From the human T2T-CHM13v2.0 reference genome, Homo sapiens, in the NCBI RefSeq assembly GCF_009914755.1, contig NC_060940.1: a DNA stretch of 64,000 nt; one strand, 5' to 3'. Numbering within the stretch: position 1 is the stretch's first letter; each line of letters opens with the position of its first letter. Positions 1-13,480 of this stretch are shown here, piece by piece. Position numbers and translations under genes: made by a program. The notes under the pieces are model-generated. The model was not told the DNA's origin, did not search any database, and saw only the letters and a program-made list of their open reading frames with translations.

Positions 1-35
1 ATCTTTACAAACTCCTCCCCTGTCGCTTTATACAC
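1..35 (-). CDS. ESRP2: ESRP2 exon 9, partial (VYKATGEEFVK...), continues off the window
   Basis: acceptor AG at 37-36; continues RYIE|VYKA. Confidence 0.93.
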   Translation of the reverse strand, partial: MYKATGEEFVK

Positions 36-117
36 CTGTGGGTACAGAGAGCAGCAGCCCATGGGTCTCAGGCCTGACTCAGATTGGCCCTGCTCCGCTC
101 CCAGCCCAAAGCCCCAC

Positions 118-250
118 CTCAATATAGCGGACGCCCATGTGGTGCTTGTGTCTCTGCAGCGCTAGGTCCCGCTGCTCGCTGTCCACAAAGCGGATGAGGG
201 CCTCGCCATTTCTGCGGCCCTGGGCGTTGAGGCAGAGTGCTACACCACCC
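118..250 (-). CDS. ESRP2: ESRP2 exon 8, RRM1 ([21 protein letters not shown]...RYIE)
   Basis: GRRNGEA and RYIE qRRM motifs; AG/GT boundaries, 133 nt. Confidence 0.96.
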
Positions 251-323
251 CTGTGGAGCCAGTGCTGTTAGTGCCTCCTGGGTAGGCCTGTCCAATTGGG
301 CCCACCCACCCTGCCACACCCAC

Positions 324-434
324 CTGGCCACGTTGAGCCCTTTGAAGAAGCGAGCCACGTCCTGGTCTGATGACTGCCACGGCAACCCACGAGCCCGTAC
401 CACAGTCTCACTGTCCACCACATCAGCCTTGCTG
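324..434 (-). CDS. ESRP2: ESRP2 exon 7, start of RRM1 ([20 protein letters not shown]...); alternative acceptor extends the exon to 464
   Basis: VVRARGLPW qRRM motif; acceptor AGs at 436-435, 433-432 and 466-465, all frame-preserving. Confidence 0.95.
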
Positions 435-507
435 CTGTAGGGGCAGGGCACAGTGCTGTCAGAGCTATTCAGCTGTTGTCACCCCCAGCCCCTGCTCCCA
501 CACTCAC

Positions 508-562
508 CAAGGCCCCGTCTCGTATTTCTGCTTTATCACCTCGGGCTTCGAAAACAATTGAC
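508..562 (-). CDS. ESRP2: ESRP2 exon 6 ([17 protein letters not shown])
   Basis: AG/GT boundaries, 55 nt, phase consistent. Confidence 0.95.
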
Positions 563-587
563 CTGAGAAAAGATGGCCTGGGGGTCA

Positions 588-962
<375 letters not shown>

Positions 963-1073
963 AAATGACAAAGAGGATTCCCCCGTGGTCTCTTAGAGAA
1001 GGTCACAGTGGGGAGGAGCAATAGGCATTTGTCATCCCTGAGAACAGGTGACAGGCAGTGAGGGAAACCTTAC

Positions 1074-1172
1074 TGCTGGGCTCTTTGAGTAGATGGAGGA
1101 TAACAGCTACCATTGTCTTGACTTCCCAGACCCCAAAGTCATCCTCTGTGGCATCTGTCTCCAGTCCTAAAC
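1074..1172 (-). CDS. ESRP2: ESRP2 exon 5 ([19 protein letters not shown]...KEPS)
   Basis: AG/GT boundaries, 99 nt, phase consistent. Confidence 0.95.
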
Positions 1173-1243
1173 CTATGGGCAGAGAAGTGACAGTGAAGAC
1201 ATCTTAGCATAAGCACTAATCCTGTTTACTCCTGGGCCCAACT
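1173..1243 (-). ncRNA. MIR6773: 5'-tailed mirtron hairpin at the 3' end of ESRP2 intron 4
   Basis: Minus strand UUGGGCCCAGGAGUAAACAGGAU pairs with ACUGUCACUUCUCUGCCCAUAG, which ends exactly at the acceptor AG; matches my recollection of miR-6773-5p/3p. Confidence 0.85.
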
Positions 1244-1514
1244 CCCCTCCATAGACACATGCTGGAGACCAGCATACACATTTGTTTTGGCCCAGTTCAT
1301 GTGTGCACATACAGATTCCCAGTCCAGACATAGACAGACACATACCCACATTCCAAACTCATCCTAGCACAGACACGAAGACACAGTACACTCAGGGACT
1401 TAGCAGATAACGCAGTCTTGTATGTGTCCATATTACCCACCCACAGCATGCACATACTCAGACACATGTACCCACAGTGGCTTCTCCACCCTAACCCTGC
1501 TGGGTCACAGATAC

Positions 1515-1629
1515 CCTGTGCCATGGTGGCCACAGTGAGGTCCCTGGCAGGGCAGGTGCTTGGATGCTGCATATGGAATTCTCTTCGGAGGTCATAGAAG
1601 GAGAAGAACATGTCGGGGAGCACCAGGTT
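1515..1629 (-). CDS. ESRP2: ESRP2 exon 4 ([18 protein letters not shown]...TMAQ)
   Basis: AG/GT boundaries, 115 nt. Confidence 0.96.
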
Positions 1630-1740
1630 CTGGGGGCACATAGGATTGAGGATGAGCGCCCTGCCCACCCTCAGGACAAGAGGGGTTCTGGGAACCTTAC
1701 TGACCACCCCACCCCACCCGGTTTTCCTTCAGGAGCATAC

Positions 1741-1854
1741 CTTCCTGGAGGCCTCGGGGTGCAGGACCTGTCGCAATAGCTGCTGCCCATCAGTGCAGAG
1801 CATGTAGGGGCCCCCGCCCAGCAAAGCCACATCCCCGTTCACCAGCTGTGAGAA
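1741..1854 (-). CDS. ESRP2: ESRP2 exon 3 (FSQLVNGDV...HPEASRK)
   Basis: AG/GT boundaries, 114 nt, in frame; N-terminal DnaQ-like region of ESRP proteins. Confidence 0.96.
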
Positions 1855-3380
1855 CTGGGGATAGGGAATGGGGAGAGAGAAACACACAGATTCACAGCTG
1901 GGCAGGCAGGAAGTGAGGGTAGGAGGAAGGAGGCAGGCTGCAAAGCTGGTTCAGCCAGATGTTCAGCCCTATCCTGCCTGGGAATAAGAGGCCACGCCTG
2001 TTGAGCCTAGCCCTATGTCCCTTCCCCTCACCCCCCAACCCTGTTCCAGTCCACTGTCACCTCCTCCAGGCCAAATGAGGGCAATCACATATAACCGAAG
2101 CCCTCAACACACACACTCCAGGAGTTTGGAGTGGGGCCAGAGCAAACACCTGGAGTGGGACAAGCAGGTGGGAAGGGGCGGGGCAAAGCAGGTTAAACCT
2201 GTCTTTGACCGGGTACCACCCTCAGACAGGTGGGGGAGGCCCAGGCCTGCCTGAGGCCCAGAAGGCTCATGGTCAATGGCAGCCCCGCCTCCAGGTCTGA
2301 CCAACCGAGGGGCAGAGAAACTCCAAGGACAGAGCTCCACACTTGGACATCAGGGGCAGCATGAGCTTTGACCCACATCCTATTGACCGGCTGGCACTGA
2401 GCTGTTTGCTCATAGAGGGGGTGGCACTCCTGAGGCTGCCCAGCCCTCCCCCAGCCTCCATCCTTGCTGGAGAAGTATAAACACTAATCAGTGACCCACG
2501 AACCCTCCCTGCCAATTCTGTGACACTTTACAACTTGGGGCTGACAGAGCAAGGCAACCCAGCTCTCCTCCAGCAAACTCCCCAAGTGAAGGGCCGGGAG
2601 CCCTTCTGGAACAGACAAGGAATCATCATCGTGGTGCCTCCTCATCAGGAACCACAAGAGTTGTTGGAAGATGAAAGAACGTGAGTGTATAAAAAGGACT
2701 TACACTAATTACACTCAAGAGTCAGACATAGAATGAGCGCCGTAGTGAAGATAAGGAAAAGAAAACAGCAATGGAAACCACCTCCCACTTCAGCTAGGGC
2801 AGGAGGCACCCCAGGCCTTTGCACTCAGCAGGCAGATAGTCCCCCAGGCCAGGCCGGGACAGCGCCCACGCCTGGCCAGCCGGCCGGGACAGGCCTAGAC
2901 GAGCAGTTTACACCTGGCGGCGTCTACCTCTAGGGCCGACACCGCCCTACGCCTCCGCTCCAGCAGCTCCCAAGCAGGCCGAAGACGCGGGCCGCAAGGA
3001 CAGGTGACCTATATGGGCCCCTCGACCCCTTTCGCTTCCGGCTGCGGCTCAGGGAGACCTGACCCAGCAGGTCTCCCAAAGGCGTCTCGGCCTCGCTCCC
3101 CGGGCGGGAACTGGGGATGGATCCCAAAGCCTGCGTCCCGATCCCTTCGGTAGGAGTAGGTTCCTGCAATGGTTGAAAAGTAAGGAGCCCAGGGGAATGG
3201 CTGGCACGCGCGGATGAAAGGGGCACGCACACGCGAGAGTCGCTCAAAGTTTCAAACAAGAGCCCAGTCCTGCCGCCTGGACCGGTTGGTTGCGGCACGC
3301 CAGGCCTAGCCTCCGGCCGCCAATCCCGCCCAGAAATGTCCTCACGTCCAGGCCATGCCGCCACCCACCCCGGCGCTCAC

Positions 3381-3509
3381 CTGCTGCAGCACCTTGTCCA
3401 GCGGCTCTGCCCGCGCCAGGCTGTCGGCGCTCAGGCCGCTCGCCTCGCGGCACTGCGTACTCAGTGCGGCCGCCTCGGCACGAACCAGCGATTTGTGCAG
3501 CGTCCCCAC
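3381..3509 (-). CDS. ESRP2: ESRP2 exon 2 ([10 protein letters not shown]...DKVLQQ)
   Basis: AG/GT boundaries, 129 nt, in frame with exon 1. Confidence 0.96.
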
Positions 3510-3594
3510 CTGTGAGCGGCGGGGGAAACCGATCAGCCGCGCCCCTCGACCCCGGAAGCTCCCTGGGGACCTCACCGCCTCTTTTCCACCCTAC

Positions 3595-3792
3595 CTGGCG
3601 GCTCCGCGGCTCAACCACTTGCCAAACTAGGAGGATTAAGTCGGTCTCGTCCGAGCCCAGGTCCCGTCCCAGCGCACCCGCCGTAGCCCCGAAGAGGACG
3701 ACCAGTGATCCGGGCCAGGGGCAGGGGTCCGCGGCGGGGTCGGCCGCGGGGTCAGGGCCCGGGGGAGGGGGCGGCGGCGGCGGCGGAGTCAT
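3595..3792 (-). CDS. ESRP2: ESRP2 coding exon 1 ([22 protein letters not shown]...EPRSRQ)
   Basis: ATG at 3792-3790; 198 nt; GT donor at 3594-3593; recognisable ESRP2 N-terminus. Confidence 0.97.
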
Positions 3793-4921
3793 GGCCGCAG
3801 AGGAAGGGGGCTCTCGGCCAGACACGCGGACCGACGAGGCGCACGCACGCACCGACCGACCGCAGACGCGGATCAGCTTGGGCGGGACACCGTGTATCGG
3901 GGGCGGCACCTGCGGCCCGGCTGGCTCAGTGGGCGCTGCCAAGACCCGCCCGTGGCGCCCCGCGGGGCGGGGCGGCTACCGGCCCACGCCCTCTCCAGGC
4001 GAGTTACCTGCCGGCCCCGCCGGCCACGTGACCGGGGCGGCTCCGGGAACCTTGGGGGAGGGCCGCCAGAACTCAACCCAGGACGCAAGAGCTCACGCTC
4101 CCGGCCTGGGCGCACGCTTAGGATCCGGATTCCTACTTCCAGGGCTGGTCCTGCCTGATTTTGGGGGCTAACCCATTCTTCCGCTCTCCCCCCACTCTTC
4201 CCCAGGGGTCGTCAGGCCTCTGCAAAGGAGCGTGCAAGACAGAGGCCTTCTCCAGTATGGAAGTCACCAGGAGGCAGTCTAGGGGCTGTGGGGGTCAACA
4301 CGGCAGGTCTGGGGTTGATGGAAGTCAAAGGGTCAAGGGGGCGGTGAGAGTTGCCGGGTATCACCCTGTAGGGGGATCACCAGAAGTCACCTGGGAAAGG
4401 GGAGGGCGGCGGGAACATCAGCGTTGTTAGAGCTGTGGGGTGGTCACCAGGGATCACAGGGAAGGGCTTGTCCACGCAGATGCTAGGGCCGAGCGCTAGC
4501 CTGGCACTGAGAAGTGCCAGAGCGCGGTCGTTGTGGGTTGGGAGTGGGCAGGCCTCAATGCTGGGGAAAGGAACCCCCCAAATCGCAGAGAGCTGCACCC
4601 TAGACGAGGCTGAGAGGGGTAGAACGGGCCTGGAGCCTCACTCCTACCCCACGTGTGGGGGCCTGCCTGCTTTCGTCCCTTTCTGGACGGTGGAGAAGCT
4701 GCCTGGAGATTGCGAGCGCTCTGGCCGATGGGGGGCTAGCGTTGAGCGTGTGTGCGCGCATGCGGGCTGCAGATCCTCCCTTTTCCATCCCGCACCTACA
4801 ACCCAATTGACAGCCCCGCATTTGGGGCTCCCATTCCTCCCTTTGCCCAGTGGAGCTTGGTGAGGCTCCTTTATGGCGCGTTTCCCGGCCGTTCCTTACT
4901 TTCCCAAACTCTCCCAGGGAG

Positions 4922-4961
4922 GTGACTGAGAAACTGAATAAGTGACTGAGAAACTGAATAA
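4922..4961 (+). repeat. Perfect 20-bp tandem duplication
   Basis: gtgactgagaaactgaataa x2. Confidence 0.95.
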
Positions 4962-6051
4962 TCCAGCAGGAAGGAGGGGGCTCCAGCGTGGCGGGAACTG
5001 AGTCACGCGGTTGCCTAGCCCGACTCGAGACTGAGACGGGAGCCGCACCACGCGCTTTCGGACAAGGAGGGTGCTGCGGCCCGGCCCCTGGACAATGGAG
5101 AGAGCGGGGCACCCGGGCGCATCACCAGAGCTCATGCCCGGGAAAGGGGCGAGGCCCGGGGGGAGAGAGCTCAGCGTAGCTCCACTTGGCAGCTAAAGAA
5201 ACAGGCGCCCGGGACGGAAATGACTCGCGCCCGGACACGGCGACAGGGAGAGCATGGGAAGTGCTTCCTTCGCCCGGCGGGTTCGAGCGAGTAGCACTTT
5301 ACTTTCCCTACAGGTGGAGGCGGGCCTTGGTGCGCGGCTGTCCATCTCCGGACCGCCCACCCGGGCACTGGCCCATGCGTCTCCTCCCCCGGAAGCGGTA
5401 AGCGAATCAGGCGCGGGGGAAGGGAGAACGTTGCTCCTCGGGCCCCTCCTCCCGATAAGCCTGGAATGTCAAATATTTGTTCGCGGGGCGGGGCGCAACC
5501 GCGAGTAACGCTCCTCCCCCTCCCGCCCGGTAGGGCGCCTGCGCTTGGTGGAGGCGGCCCTTCCTCCGGCCACGCCCTTCCAGCCAACTCCCCTAAACCA
5601 GTGGCCCTAACCGCCGCATTCCTAAAGCTCCACAGAAGCACGTCGCTTCCTCCTTGGCTCCTGTCTGGGTTCCACTCTTACAGCACAGGGTCACAGCGTC
5701 CCCGCCCGAAGGTCTGGGCGCTACTCGGTCTCCTTCTCGCCCCTCCTGGCGACCTCATCTGTGCAGCCTCTAGGCCCTTTTTCCTCTTCAGCCTGAGTCT
5801 CGACGCCCGCTCTTCCCGGAAGCCACCTTCGCGAGGTGACTGCTCCATTGTGGCGTCTCTGGCAGTCCTGAGCGCTTTCCCACGGAAGACGCGCTTATGC
5901 GTGTCCAAGTCGCCGCTGGGTCGTGAACCTGAGGCACGGGCTGGTAGCACAGTGCGGCTCCCCTAAACTACCCCGGATGCCCATCCGGCTGCCCCCATAG
6001 CAAGACAACTCCTGCAACTTAGATTCTTTTTATTTTATTTTATTTTTTTAA

Positions 6052-6286
<235 letters not shown>

Positions 6287-6838
6287 TGATCCACCCGCCT
6301 CGGTCTCCCAGTGCTGGGATTACGGGCGTGAGCCACCACGCCTGGCTAATTTTTGTATTTTTTGCAGAGACGGGGTCTCGCCATGTTGACCAGGCTGGTC
6401 TCGAACTCCGCCCACCTCGGCCTCCCGAAGGGCTAGAATTATAGGCATGAGCTACCGTGCACTCAGCTCCAACCCTTGCATTCTTCTTTAAAAACCAAAT
6501 TCGTTTAAATACTGGGCAGGAGGGTGGGGTCCTGTTTTGCTGAGATCCCTTACTCATCTTCAGATGAGTCCTTCCAGATGACCCCATTATTACTAAACAA
6601 CCCACACTCCTGACCCCAACCGACCCTCATTGCTTCTTTCTGCCCCCCAACCCCCCAACTTAACCAACTTATAACACGATTTATTAATCGTGTATTGTCT
6701 CCCCGCTCCATCATCCTATCCTCGAAGATAGAGGCTTACCCCCAACGCCTGTCACTGAATGAATGAACTGTTGTCTAAGGCTAGCTTCTTCTGCCACAGG
6801 GTATTTCAGCAATGGTAAGACACAGGCCTTTGCAGTAG

Positions 6839-7135
<297 letters not shown>

Positions 7136-7379
7136 TGAACAGGCTGGTCTCGAACTCCTGACCTCGTGATCCGCCCGCCTCGGCCTCCCAGAGTGTTGGG
7201 ATTACAGGCATGAGCCACCGCTCCCGGCCTTCCTCCAGATTTTCTACCTTCCGCAGGGGTCCCTTCTGTAGTTTGAGATTTCTGTACTTCTCTAAAAATT
7301 GTCCCCCACCCCCACCCCACTCCTCGCTCCCCTGGGGTTCATGAATTAATGAATAGGAGATTGGTACGGCAGAGAGGTA

Positions 7380-7960
7380 AGCAAGGCCCCGACGGCCCAG
7401 GCCGCCTGAGGTCAGCCGCCTTTCTCAAAACCGCGTGCCAGATATTTGGAAGAAAGAACTGGGTTCCGTGGGCCTCATACTCGCGAAATTTTACCCTCAC
7501 CTTGGCCCTCAGGCCTGCCTGGGCTGCACTCCTAAAGGCAGCCGGCGCTGTTGCCTCGGGGACATGAAAGCCCGGGCAGATACAGGGTGGGAGGCGGGAA
7601 GCGTGGCGGGTCTCCTGGAACCTCCAGGGCGTCTAGGAGTGGTGCGAAAACGCCCTCCCTCCTTCCCTTCGCTACCAAGAAAGATCTCGCAGTGGAAGAG
7701 GATTCGACGCTGGGGATCACCGCGGAGATCCACACTCGTCTGCCCAGACCCGTCCCCGCTCTCAGCGACCCTCCTTATGTCCCGGGCCACCCCACTAGCC
7801 AGCGCGTTGGGCCCCACCTCCCGGGTTGGGATCCCCGCACCTGTGCAGAGTGGCTGCCGAGCACCCGCCAGAGGGCGCGCTGACTCCGTTGCCAGAACCA
7901 GGGGGGCAGGGGCGTGCGCCCGAGGTCGAGCAAAGCACCAGTACAGTGGTGAAAAGGGGG
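7380..7960. promoter_or_regulatory. Small CpG-rich intergenic element with CTCF motif
   Basis: CpG-rich unique sequence between Alus; CCGCCAGAGGGCGC at 7865-7878 fits the CTCF core. Confidence 0.6.
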
Positions 7961-8023
7961 TCCCCTAGATGCCCCCATCAGGCCAATACCCTTTGGCTTT
8001 GTTTTTATTTTATTTTATTTTAA

Positions 8024-8143
<120 letters not shown>

Positions 8144-8299
8144 TAGCTGGGATTACAAGTGCTCGCCACCACGCCCGGCTAATTTTTGTATTTTTAGTAG
8201 AGACGGGGTTTCACCATGTTAGCCAGGCAAATCTCAAACTCCTGACCTCAAGTGATCTGCCTGCCTCGGCCTCCCAAAGTGCTGGGATTAGAGGCGTGA

Positions 8300-8761
<462 letters not shown>

Positions 8762-9377
8762 TAGCTGAGATTACAGGCCCACACCACCACGCCTGGCTAA
8801 TTTTTTGTATTTTTAGTAGAGACAGGGTTTCGCCACATTGCGCAGGCTGGTCTTGAACTTCTGAACTCAGGCAATATGCCCACCTCGGCCTCCCAAAGTG
8901 CTAGGATTACAGGTGTGAGCCACCATGCCCGGGCTTTTATTTTATATTTTATTTTTTAAAATTTTATTGAAACGGAGTTTCCCTCTGTCACCCAGGCTGG
9001 AGTGCAGTGGCATGATCTCTGTTCTGGGCCCTTTGCCTCCAGGGTTCTGTTGTGGCTGGATCAGTGTTAGGCATCTCGGGGCTGCAGGGAGACTGGCTGC
9101 AGAGGAATGGGGGACTGCTGAGCCATGAGCTTTAGGGAGATTCCACCGGCCTCTAAATGGACTCAGCTCTGGCCACCAAATCAGCCCGAAAGCCCTGAGC
9201 TTAGTTTGGTTGCCTCAAGCCTGGGATCCACCTAGTTCAGGTAGGGGAGCTTGGAGCTTAGGCCAGCGAGAGGGAGTGCAAAGGGCCAGGTAGCAGGAGG
9301 GGCGAAGGGTGTTGGCTGTGTGCTCACCCAAGGAAGATAGCACAACTAGACTGGCTCCTAAGTCTCTGGATTTATTC

Positions 9378-10330
<953 letters not shown>

Positions 10331-10463
10331 AAAAAAAATCAGGGCCGGGTGTGATGGCTCATACCTGTAATCCCAGCACTTTGGGAGACCTAGGTGGGTG
10401 GATCACCTGAGGTCAGGAGTTCAAGACCAGCCTGGCCAACATGGCGAAATCCCGTCTCTACTA

Positions 10464-10646
<183 letters not shown>

Positions 10647-11787
10647 TCAGCCTGGCATGTGGAGAACGACCCACAGGAACGAGGGCGTGCATTGGGACAT
10701 CAGTGACGAGGCTGTTGTGGGAATAGGGTAGTGTGGTTTGGGGAGTGTAGAGCTGGCAAGCCCTTATGACCACCTGAGTTGTGGTTCTGAGAAGCATGGA
10801 AGCATCCAGAGCTCAGGATGATGCCAAGTCTGCAGCCTGGGGGATCAGGTGGATGGCAGAGTCATTGTGAAAAGGGAGGACCCTCACTTTCTGACCCTTC
10901 TCCACAGTGCCAGCATGGGTCATTGCTGACCAGGCCTTGCCATCCTGCCCCTAATGGCTGTGGTTCCTAACACATGCAGGGCCTGTGGGGTTGAAGCACC
11001 AAGGAACCCCTCTTGAGGACAGGGCTACCCTTCCAGGGGCCCATGGTCACCGGATGCTGCTGGGCTGGCAAGACATTTAGACTGTGGCCAGAGTCCAAGG
11101 TGGCCCAGCACCTCTTGATCCTTCTCTTCCTCCACATAACCTTTGACTGGACTTCTGCCCGTCCCTAGGCCTGCAGAAGAGTCTCTGGTCTCCCACGCTG
11201 GGTTTTCACCAGATGGGTCTTCACTGATCTTCTGTTGGGTCACGGGTGAAGGTGGGGGAGGCAGGGGCTTTGGGAGTGGGAGTTCTGAGCCAGGGCCTTA
11301 GCGGGAGATGGCTGGACCTTAAGAGAGGGTGGGGCTGGTCACAGTGGCACACATCTGTAATCTCAGCACTTTGGGAGGCTGAGGCAGGTGGATCACTTAA
11401 GGCCAGGAGTTCAAGACTGGCCTGGGCAACATAGTGAGACCCCAACTCTACAAAAAATAAAAAACTAGCTGAGCTTGGAGGTGTACACTTGTAGTCCCAG
11501 CTACTCAGGAGGCTGAGGTGGGAAGGATTGCTTGAGCCTGAGAGGTCAAGGATGCAGTGAGCCGTGATTGTGCTACTGCACTTGGGTGACAGAGAGACCC
11601 TTTCTCAAAAAAAAAAAAAAAAAAAAAAAAAAAAGGAAAGAAAAGAAAAAGGGGCCGGGCACAGTAGCTCACGCCTGTAATCCCAGCACTTTGGGAGGCC
11701 GAGGCAGGTGGATCACCTGAGGTTGGGAGTTCAAGACCAGCCTGACTAACATGGAGAAACCCCGTCTCTACTAAAAATACAAAATTA

Positions 11788-11931
<144 letters not shown>

Positions 11932-12399
11932 TCAAAAAAAAAAAAAAAAAGAAAAAGAAAAAGAAAAAAGAAAGAGGGAGGGTGGTGGTAGCCCAGTCAC
12001 CAACATGTTTCACTATAAGAACTCGAGAAGGGCAGGGCAAGATAGTGGCTTCATAGCCAGGTCAGCTGCTTACCAAGAAGAAGGAAGGAAGGGGCAGGAC
12101 AAATTTCTTGGGACCAGGTGGGATGACCAGGGTGCAGCTGCCCCTTCGAAGGGGTGGGTGTGTGGAGGATCAAGACCTCTATTTCCCAAATACTCTCGTC
12201 CCTCTATCCCACAGTGACCTATGGTGCTGGCATATAACCAGCTGTCAGGTCTTTGCCCACTCTGTTCGCCCCTGCTTCCTGGCGCAGGGAGTCCATGTCC
12301 TCTCTGGTTCCCCAGGTTTGCGAGAGTGGAGGGGGACCACGAGCTCCCGATGCCTCTCCTGCTCTGCAGGGGAACTTGCAGATGGCCCATGGCGCAGGG

Positions 12400-13480
12400 T
12401 CGAGACTCAAGCCCACTCCCAACCCCGCGCCCGAACTGCCCGGACTGGCGGGGTGACGCTGCACTCTGCGCCCCTAAAACGAACAGATTAACCCCTCTCT
12501 TGGGAACTGAACATGCTGACCTGGCCTCTCCCGGTTCCCCCCGCATCTGTAACCCCGGGGCAGAGTTACAGGGGCTGACTGGCCGCACCCAGGTGCCCTC
12601 GGGGCAGGGTGTGCTAAGAATTGGTGTGGGGGCTGCACAAAGGTCCTGGTCAGCTCCTGGTCACCTGAGGCCCAAGAACTGTCCGGGACTCACTTCCTCT
12701 CTTCTTGCTTTAACCGGGGTCGCTCAGCAGCGGCCAGCGCTGCACCCCTTATCCTCTCCCGGTCTTGTCCGTTCCAGATCCTCCAGGTCAGGGGGTCGCC
12801 AAGTGAGAGCTGCGCAGCGTGGATTTCGGGTACCCAGGGCTGGGCGGGGTACAGCAGCGGCGAGCTGGGTTCCCGGGTGGGCGACTGACAGCCCGGAGCC
12901 AGGCGATACCTCGATCCATCGATGCGCTCGGCGCTCAGCGTGGTCCAGGAAGCAGGGGGTTGGGCAAGGGCGGGGCGGCGACCTCCGACTGGGAGGGGCG
13001 TATATGGCGGCGAGTCCCTATTGGCCAGCCATTTGCGGGAGGCGGGCCCTGATTGGCCGGGGGGATGCGGGGGATGCGGGCGGCGGGGTTAAGCGCGTCG
13101 CCACCGCCCCCGCCTAGGCGAGAGCCCAGAGAGCTGAACCTGCATCCCGGACCTGCGGCGACCGTCGTACACCATGGGCCTCCACCTCCGCCCCTACCGT
13201 GTGGGGCTGCTCCCGGATGGCCTCCTGTTCCTCTTGCTGCTGCTAATGCTGCTCGCGGACCCAGCGCTCCCGGCCGGACGTCACCCCCCAGTGGTGCTGG
13301 GTGAGGCACGGGTCTCGTGGTGGATCTGTCGGTCGGGCGGGACGGGCCGCGGGCGGGGCTGCCTTCCCGGTCTGCTTCTGTTCCAGTCACGAAATGGGGG
13401 AGCGTATTGGTATCTGTCTTGTCACTTAGGTGATCTAGATCTGCCGGCTCACCTCCCGCCATGCTGGGCGCGGGTGTGGT
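12400..13480 (+). promoter_or_regulatory. PLA2G15 CpG-island promoter
   Basis: GC boxes (~12968, ~12993), YY1-like ATATGGCGGC (~13002), two ATTGG CCAAT boxes (~13020, ~13052), directly upstream of ATG 13174. Confidence 0.85.
13174..13300 (+). CDS. PLA2G15: PLA2G15 exon 1 (signal peptide; MGLHLRPYRVG...HPPVVL)
   Basis: Kozak ACCATGG, hydrophobic leader, GTGAG donor; 127 nt. Confidence 0.97.

Larger units (their letters stand above)
2850..5990. promoter_or_regulatory. ESRP2 CpG island / promoter
   Basis: Dense CpG over exons 1-2 and about 2 kb upstream; GC boxes (3965-3975); CACGTGAC E-box 4025-4032; several CACCTG/CAGGTG E-boxes. Confidence 0.85.

Noticed and set aside
3793-3942. In-frame non-AUG N-terminal extension of ESRP2
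   Set aside because: Frame is open to a stop at 3978-3976, but this is unremarkable at this GC content and nothing in the sequence supports initiation
3290-4171. 293-aa plus-strand ORF antisense to ESRP2 exons 1-2
   Set aside because: Non-ATG start and low-complexity P/G/R/A product; expected from stop-poor CpG-island DNA
12221-13117. 298-aa ORF upstream of PLA2G15
   Set aside because: Lies in the GC-rich promoter, no recognisable domain, no splice support
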